NCBI GenBank assembly: GCA_937625935.1
Contig: OW569354.1
Coordinates: 248,001 to 312,000 of the forward strand
Direction: 5' to 3'
Length of the DNA stretch: 64,000 nucleotides
Source of the DNA: Tetramitus jugosus
Taxonomy: Eukaryota; Protista; Heterolobosea
A program made the translations under genes and the position numbers. Shown one piece after another: positions 57,401 to 64,000 of this stretch (position 1 is its first letter; every line of letters starts with the position of its first letter). The notes beneath the pieces are model-generated. The model had not been told where the DNA came from. It made no database searches and saw nothing but the letters and a program-made list of their open reading frames with translations.

Positions 57401-58781
57401 GGAGAGAGTTGAGCGCGAAGAAGCCAGAAGAATAGAAGCAGAGAGACTCAAGGCAGAAAGAATTGCTGAGAAGAAACGACAATACGAAAGGGAGCAAGCA
57501 TTGATACGAGAGCAAGAACTTCTTGAGTTGATGAGACAAAAGAAGGAAGAACAAGATAAACGTGAGAGAGAGCGTATTGAACAACAGAGACAACAACAAC
57601 TTCTGGAAGAAGAGGATCGAAAGAAGCTTCAAGCTCAATTGAACGAGATACTGTCCAACATTAAGCGAGTTGAAAAGAAGATTCGCGAAGAGAAGGATTC
57701 AGCTGAAAACTGGATGAAGGAGGCCAAGAAACAAGGTACAACATTGTTCCAATTGAAGACTACTAATGAGCAATTGCAACAACAAATCAACGATGCCCGC
57801 CATGGTCTTTCTAGAGACGAATCAGTTAATAATGAGAGAGTGAACTCTTTTGAGGAAAGAATCGCAAACGTCCAGAACGAAATTGAGGGATTCAAGAAGA
57901 GTATTGAGGAAGAAAAGGCTGCATCAGACGAGTTGTCAGCTCGCGAGAGTCACTTGAATGAGGAATTGAGAAAGATTGAATCTCGTATTGACAAGGAGAG
58001 AGCATTACAAGCTGATATGAAGAGCGAGCGGGTCAAGTTTAACAAACTCAGTGCGGATGTAAATATTGAACTTGTTAAGTATGGAAGTCGGTTGACTCGT
58101 GAGAATACCTCAAAGGTTGCCCTTGACAAGGAGTTGGCTGACTTACAGATGAACTTGGATAGAGAAAAGAAGCTCATATCCAGATTGGAAGATCAATTGA
58201 AGAAAGAACAGCTCGATCGTGAAGAATTGTATGAAGAGGTGCAAAGTTCAACACAGGAGTACAAGGAAACTGAATCAGAAAACGCAAAACTTTTTGAGCA
58301 GTTGAGCTTCCTCAAGGGTCAACTCACTGGCCAGACCAAGTCTAAATCTACTTCAAAGTATGATCTTGAAACTCAAACCTATCAACTTCAACGACTTATC
58401 AGAGACGCTGAATACAAACTGGACAGAGAGAAGCAAGACCAAAAAACAAGCTTGCAACAGAAGAGAAAGATAGAACTTCAATTGGAGCAAGTGAGAGAAG
58501 AAGTAGAGGAGTTGAGAGAAGAAACGTCCTCTCTTCAACAATCAATTGTTGATAATGAAAAGGATATTGACAAATTCAACTCCAAGATTGATGAGCACAT
58601 GACTAAACAGATCATGATGAAACGAGAGATTGAAAAGTTGAAGAATTTGGAACGAGATCTGTCTTCAAAGATCACCAACGCAGAATTTGAGATTCGCAAG
58701 GAAAGCCGTGAAATCCAGTCATTGAGAGCTCAACTTAGAGCCTTGGAAATGCGTGCTAGCATAACTCCATTTAACTATTAA
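54434..58781 (+). CDS. DH-PH RhoGEF with E/K/R-rich helix and long coiled-coil tail (2 exons: 54434-54678, 54947-58781)
   Basis: [43 protein letters not shown] and PH (FVFSDLLL). 268-nt GTACGT...TAG intron keeps frame. Confidence 0.92.
56553..57625 (+). repeat. E/K/R-rich coding repeat (ERLEK-type units; single alpha-helix-like)
   Basis: Iterated [15 protein letters not shown] pentads in purine-rich DNA. Confidence 0.85.
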
Positions 58782-58841
58782 ACGATCAGGTATAGTGTGT
58801 AACAATAATGACATTTTATCTTGAGCCTCCTCGGATCACGA

Positions 58842-61742
58842 TTACTTCACTTTTCTGGTTGTGCGAGTGGTTGTTGTCTTTTTTGTTGGTGGTCGTCCTC
58901 TCTTCTTTGCTTTTGGAGTTGGAGCGTAATCGGATCCCGACTCGTTATGGCTCTCTTCCTCAGTGTCTGACTCTACAATGATTTTCTTTGTTGCCCTGAC
59001 CCTGGTTCGTGCCACTTTCTTCACTGGTGTACCTTCCTTCTCTTCGAGCAGACTTTTCACGCCAGCTCTTCTTAACCGCATAATTCTTGTTTTGCCCTTG
59101 GGTTCTGCTGCACGTGCTTTGGCTCTTTCAGGTTGAGGCGATTCATTCTCTTTTGTGGTTTGAACTTTCTTTGGCACTTTTGGAGAATCGCTGGTACTCG
59201 TGTCTGTCGTTGCCAACTTAATCTTCTTTGCTTGTGATTGTTCCAGAGGTTGTGTATCATCATTTTCTGTTGCGGGTTCGAGTTGATCACTCTTCCGCTT
59301 GCTACCCACAGCAGGTTGTTTGGCAGTAGGTTTGTTAGGTGTTCGATTTTGACTCAATGAGAACTTTTTCTTGATACTATTTGCCAACGCCTTGAAGGGT
59401 GAGATTAAGCTGCCTCCTCTTCTGATAGGAGTTGCGGGAGATGATAGTACAATTTTTAGTGAATTTTCATTTTGATTTGTAACTCCATTGTAAGCATCAC
59501 GGAGTACCTTATTATCATTCACTAAGGTATTGTATTTGGCTTCCAATTCCTTCAGCTCTTGTCGAACATTTTCAGTCTCAATTTGAGCTTTAGCCTCGAA
59601 TTGCTTGCGATACTTCTCTTTGATCTCACTTTCAAAGGAGTCCTGATTCTCAATATAGGTTTGCAGTTTCGTTTTTTCCACTTCAATGTCACAACTATTT
59701 CTCTTTTCTAGTTCTTCGAGTTGGATCGAGTGGACTTCACATACTTGTGTTATCTTCGCTTCCAGTTGTTTAATTTTGTGTCTCAACATTTCGTTTTCCC
59801 GTTCATATTTTGTATATGAGGACAACTTGTCACTCAACTCGTCTATCTCTCTCTGCAGAGCGAGTTTTTCCAATTGATATCGTTCCAGATTATTCAGATC
59901 AGCTTCTCCAATACAACTTCGCAAGTTGGATATGTCTTTCTCTAAATCAGCAATGGTCTTGTCCTTTTCAGAAAGCATGGACATTAGTTCAGAATTCAAT
60001 GGATCTCTCATGTGATCGCGCATTGCACCAATTGTCTGATTCAGATGATCCACAACTTTTAAGTACCTTTCTTCGGCTCGAGAAAGCTCATCTTGCAGTC
60101 GAGATTGATGTTGAGTTTCCATCTCTTCAATTTGAAGGGCAAATTCACTGGCCATCTCTTCTCTAATAGTTCTTTCCATGTGCACTCGAGACATGCTAAA
60201 TTCTTTACTTTCCAAGAGCTGTCTTACTGCATCTTCAATCATAGTCACATTATCTACTTTGTCAGTGTCATCATTCTGGAAGAGCAGTTTAGGAACGAGC
60301 CCTTTCTTCTTGATCTCGGATGCTCTTGTTTGAACAGTTGTCTTAGTTTTTGGAGTGACAAATGGAAGTCTAGACACATTTGGACTCATGAAAGCCCTCC
60401 TAGCAATCTCAACTTTTGAGTTAGTCTTGATATCTTTCACAATATCGGCAAGCTTCATGATATTTGCAGTCTCCTCTGAGTCATTCATTGACGGTGACAC
60501 GTTGGCAATCATACAAATCTTGGCATTACCCAGGAGTTCATTCTTAAAGATTTTGGTGATATCGCTTTCTCTGTAAGGTATTTGCATCGATTTACCTGAC
60601 CTGTTTTGCTTCTGGGCTATTGCAGTCAGACATCGACTCAACACTAAAAGAGACATGTTGATCTCACTCGCTTCCTTTAGTTGGTCAGCCTCTGCACCAG
60701 ACTTTGACGCACGTTCAGCACCAGCTAAATCGACCAATGATATCTTACCAACTTCTTTCAGCTGATCGTCATTATACTTACGAAGAACAGTAACAGTGAA
60801 TACACCATGAGATCGACTAGATTGCTTGTTGGCAGCTGTACCACCAACAATACGCAATTGGTTACCTTTCATCAGCAGTTCCTTACCCTGATGAGATGAA
60901 TCAATGTGCCTCTGCATCAAATCTTTGATCACAACTCTGTTGTTCTCTTCAGCAATACGCAATTGCTTCCGCTTTGCTTCATTGAAATCTGAAGCATTTG
61001 TGTCATTTTGAGGATTCAATAAATCATAGATCCTTCCCTTATAAAGTTCAAAGTAAGAAACAGCAACACATAAATCAGGTTGGCCCTGTACTCTCTTCAA
61101 TATCTCGGTCATCACTCTAGGGATAATTCCATCTTGTTTTTCATCCTTATTTACAATCACTTTCTCTTGCTTTCGCTTCTCATATTCCAATTTACCCATG
61201 ATCGTATACGTCTTACCAGCATTTGTGACACCGTAGGCAAACAACAAACTGGTAGATCCATGGAACACGTTGTCTATCAGAGGCATCGTTGTCTTATCAA
61301 AAACCTGCTGTTGGTCGGTGAACTGAGGAAACACATGAGTAAAGGAATAGACCTCACATGAGATTTGTCTGTTGGTTCTAAAAGACACTATTCTATCATC
61401 TATCACTTGTATTGACTCTTCAATGTTGTTGGTCGATTCAGAGCTATCTTCCAAATTCTTTGTCTTATCAACAACAGGATTCGGTCGTATTCTTAAGAAC
61501 ACACTCACATGCTCCGAGGACGAATTATCCACCATAACCGAGCTACTGCTTCTTCCAGGTGTGGAAGCAACTACATTCGGCAGAATGCTTGCTCTTGTGA
61601 CAATATCAGATTTGGTGGTACGAGCAAAGGTTGTTTGTTGAACAGGAGGAGATGATGAAAATTCTAATTTACGAATAATATCCTTCACATTAGGCCTGTT
61701 ATTGCCCTTGTCAGTGGGTGAATAAGGTGCTTTCTCAATCAT
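58842..61742 (-). CDS. Kinesin motor, kinesin-6-like
   Basis: VFLRIRP, FAYGVTNAGKTYT (kinesin-6-like P-loop), NKQSSRSH, LVDLAGAER and IPYRES; E.TIREE coil and basic tail. Confidence 0.9.
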   Translation of the reverse strand: MIEKAPYSPTDKGNNRPNVKDIIRKLEFSSSPPVQQTTFARTTKSDIVTRASILPNVVASTPGRSSSSVMVDNSSSEHVSVFLRIRPNPVVDKTKNLEDSSESTNNIEESIQVIDDRIVSFRTNRQISCEVYSFTHVFPQFTDQQQVFDKTTMPLIDNVFHGSTSLLFAYGVTNAGKTYTIMGKLEYEKRKQEKVIVNKDEKQDGIIPRVMTEILKRVQGQPDLCVAVSYFELYKGRIYDLLNPQNDTNASDFNEAKRKQLRIAEENNRVVIKDLMQRHIDSSHQGKELLMKGNQLRIVGGTAANKQSSRSHGVFTVTVLRKYNDDQLKEVGKISLVDLAGAERASKSGAEADQLKEASEINMSLLVLSRCLTAIAQKQNRSGKSMQIPYRESDITKIFKNELLGNAKICMIANVSPSMNDSEETANIMKLADIVKDIKTNSKVEIARRAFMSPNVSRLPFVTPKTKTTVQTRASEIKKKGLVPKLLFQNDDTDKVDNVTMIEDAVRQLLESKEFSMSRVHMERTIREEMASEFALQIEEMETQHQSRLQDELSRAEERYLKVVDHLNQTIGAMRDHMRDPLNSELMSMLSEKDKTIADLEKDISNLRSCIGEADLNNLERYQLEKLALQREIDELSDKLSSYTKYERENEMLRHKIKQLEAKITQVCEVHSIQLEELEKRNSCDIEVEKTKLQTYIENQDSFESEIKEKYRKQFEAKAQIETENVRQELKELEAKYNTLVNDNKVLRDAYNGVTNQNENSLKIVLSSPATPIRRGGSLISPFKALANSIKKKFSLSQNRTPNKPTAKQPAVGSKRKSDQLEPATENDDTQPLEQSQAKKIKLATTDTSTSDSPKVPKKVQTTKENESPQPERAKARAAEPKGKTRIMRLRRAGVKSLLEEKEGTPVKKVARTRVRATKKIIVESDTEEESHNESGSDYAPTPKAKKRGRPPTKKTTTTRTTRKVK

Positions 61743-61814
61743 TTTGTTTCGGATTCGGTTTTCTGATTAAATTTTACTCTCCCGGGTCGACCATTTAAAA
61801 TGTGGTGCTAACGA

Positions 61815-63272
61815 CTAGTTTTTGGCGCCAAACCAACTCCGATCATTGGTGAAAGTCTGAGTTAACATTGCTTCGTTCTCATTCACTTGTTGGAACAATT
61901 CAAGGTAGATGGAAATATTATCATTCACCTCCATTCCCTTGATGTCATCACAGAGTTTGGGACCCAACACCCGTATCATTGCTTTGGTTGCGATGGCGGG
62001 GATACCGTCGTTCCTCTCTTCGAAACGGAATAGCTCCTGTCGATATGCCAAGTGGAGAGTTAGACACAATCTGATTGCATGTTTGAGTGGTGATCTTCTA
62101 CATACCCGAATACAATTAGATGATTCTTTAAGCATGGAAACAACTGTCCCGTCTGTAATTGTCTTCTCAGGTTTTGCAGGATGACCAGTTGATTTAGAAG
62201 TTGCAATGATAGAATCTAGAAGTAACAAGTGAAACTGAGAATCAATCAAGAATTCGCTGACTTTTGAAATGGATTCTTTTTGAAGAAGTCGTGAAACAAA
62301 CCGAGCTATATCTGCTACTCTCTGTGAGGTTTCATGTTCTGACAGTTGTCTCAGAGTGACTATGGTTTGATAGAAAGAACTCTCCTCATCATACCTTGCA
62401 TACTTGGTCAGAGTGGCAATAATCTTTTGAGAAATGAACTGAACAGTGTCTAACTCTTCATCTGATTGCTGTGCAGCCACCAGAGCAATTATAATCAACT
62501 CTTGAATTTCGAGTTGCACATGAGTGTCCTTATGAAACAAATGAGGAAACAATGAATTGATAGCTTCTCTCTTCGCTAGTTGTCCCATATGATGGTTTTT
62601 TGCAATACCTTTCAGGATAAAACAAGATATTAGGATGGGTGTTGGAAGCTCGATAGTTCGGATGAGGTCAATGAGGCTCTCGATGGCGTTTGGAATAATA
62701 CCCCTATTCGACTTAAAGCCTATTAGCTCATAAATATGATTAAGGAGCTGAAATCAATCACTTACCTCTAATAGGGATAGATATAATGAACGGCATAGTT
62801 GTTCACTTTCGTCATCAATCATCAATCTCATACTTTGAGCCAACATCTTTAGTCCATTGTTTGTACAAACGAGCTCAACATCCGAACTATTACCAGAACT
62901 TGCAATTTTGTGAAGAATCTGCAGAACAATCTTCTGTGCCTTTTTTTGGCTCTGCTTAGTCGGTTGCATCAGGAGCACATCGAGTAACACAGTGGCCCCA
63001 CCGACATACAAAAATTGAGTATGACACATCTGATCTCTTAAAAAGAGCTGAAGCACAAGTAGTTGTAAGTCCAAACTATTTCGATCATGCATGTAGTTCA
63101 TTCGAAAGAATGCGGAGACTCGGGCGAAAATTAACATCATTTCAGGGTAGAGTTGTGCTTGAAATTGATGCAGTGGCATATTCTCGAGTTTGGAATAGAA
63201 GTTCTGTAACATCTTAATTCGATGCCTAACACTCACTCTATCCCACTCTTTCGTGTCGAACATTGAAGACAT
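61815..63272 (-). CDS. Armadillo-like helical protein (ARMH1/C1orf228-like), probably 2 exons (63272-62766, 62711-61815)
   Basis: EWDR...RIKMLQNF...LIFARVSAFFRMNY...FLYVGG...LLDVL. Probable 54-nt GTAAGT...CTAAT...AAG intron restores frame. The 5' end is uncertain. Confidence 0.65.
61821..61832. promoter_or_regulatory. E2F-like palindrome TTTGGCGCCAAA upstream of the kinesin gene
   Basis: Perfect 12-bp palindrome about 80 nt upstream of the kinesin ATG; CHR-like TTTAAA at about 61794-61799. Confidence 0.4.
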
Positions 63273-63362
63273 TGTGTGTTTTGGAGATCTACGTTTGGCA
63301 CCTGTCCAAATAAATAATAGTTTATTGTTTTCATTGATTTGTAAATTTGTGAAAAGTTCCAA

Positions 63363-64000
63363 TTAAGTTGGAGCTCCTGTGCTCTCCTCACCTCCTACAT
63401 ACAGGAATCCGTTCCGGTTTCTTTCTTCCATGATCTGTCTCTTCTTCTCTTCCCATTTTCTTTTACTTTCCTCTTGGTGTTTCATCATTCTCTCTGCACT
63501 TTGAGCTTTGGTAACAGTGTGTTTAGGTACAATCGGGCTTGTAGTTCTTCTTCTCAATTGTTTTGTAATTGAGTGTGAGTTTCTCAATACAGATGCTAAA
63601 TCTCCTCGAAACTCGGGGGCTTTTCTCTGAATGTTCTTTTTGTATCGAAACTGTTTGATGCCCAAATAGAGCTTCACCATTAAACCAGTAATAGATTTAC
63701 AAAGATATTGAGTATTTCTCTTCATTCTTATTTCATCATTTTCTCCATCAATCACATATGTTTGTAACTCTCTCAAGTACTCTCTATTGGATACGTGTTT
63801 TGTTTTGTCTCTATCATTCCTCTCTTGAGGTGAGAGAGTGTCCCCTTCGTTGATAGTGTCCTCTTTTGGATCATCGAGAGATATTCTCCTTCGATTTCTG
63901 TCCAATCTCCGATTTAACTTCGCCCAATCGGATACAAAATCTTCGTGTGAGTAATTCTTCTCGCCAGATTGATCGGAATTGATGAAACTATTCAAAAACT
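63363..64000 (-). CDS. Hypothetical protein, probably truncated at the window edge
   Basis: Open frame of at least 210 aa, charged and helical; no family recognised. Confidence 0.6.
   Translation of the reverse strand, partial: FLNSFINSDQSGEKNYSHEDFVSDWAKLNRRLDRNRRRISLDDPKEDTINEGDTLSPQERNDRDKTKHVSNREYLRELQTYVIDGENDEIRMKRNTQYLCKSITGLMVKLYLGIKQFRYKKNIQRKAPEFRGDLASVLRNSHSITKQLRRRTTSPIVPKHTVTKAQSAERMMKHQEESKRKWEEKKRQIMEERNRNGFLYVGGEESTGAPT

Noticed and set aside
56467-57451. Long antisense ORFs (197-282 aa) over the RhoGEF
   Set aside because: Shadows of the purine-rich E/K/R repeat
1-64000. CRISPR arrays, rRNA, intact transposons, telomeric arrays, non-standard genetic code
   Set aside because: No repeat-spacer arrays or transposase/RT motifs; only isolated CCCTAA words; conserved genes read through under the standard code and use TAA, TAG and TGA as stops

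Overview
A compact, AT-rich eukaryotic (protist) genomic window with about 29 protein-coding genes and one tRNA-Thr(UGU). I reconstructed eight GT-AG introns of 54-268 nt, all with GTA(T/C/A/G)-type donors. Many proteins carry poly-N/Q/S/T tracts and intergenic gaps are very short. The style is most like a heterolobosean or other free-living amoeba; this is an inference. Recognisable genes: Sec14/CRAL-TRIO, ankyrin-TBC RabGAP, Tim21-like, ELO elongase, 7TM receptor-like, Snu23/ZMAT2, YGR210C-type YchF/OLA1, HSP20, Vps34-like PI3K, VPS13, ELP2, mitochondrial carrier, ARFRP1, LRR protein, BRAP2, Zn2Cys6-PAS factor, DH-PH RhoGEF, kinesin-6-like and ARMH1-like. The most unusual items are: (1) an apparent fusion of a degenerate CobW/COG0523 zinc-chaperone GTPase to a degenerate DUF1826 domain; (2) a Vps34-type kinase with a calponin-homology-like N-terminus and no recognisable C2 domain, head-to-head with a VPS13 that lacks ATG2_C; (3) a small acidic protein with MLCK-type DFRxxL actin-binding motifs; (4) E2F/CHR-like palindromes at promoters, one inside the upstream gene's last codons; (5) a hairpin-dense unexplained block at about 11.9-12.3 kb. 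No CRISPR array, rRNA or intact mobile element was seen. All family assignments come from motif recognition by eye, not database searches.
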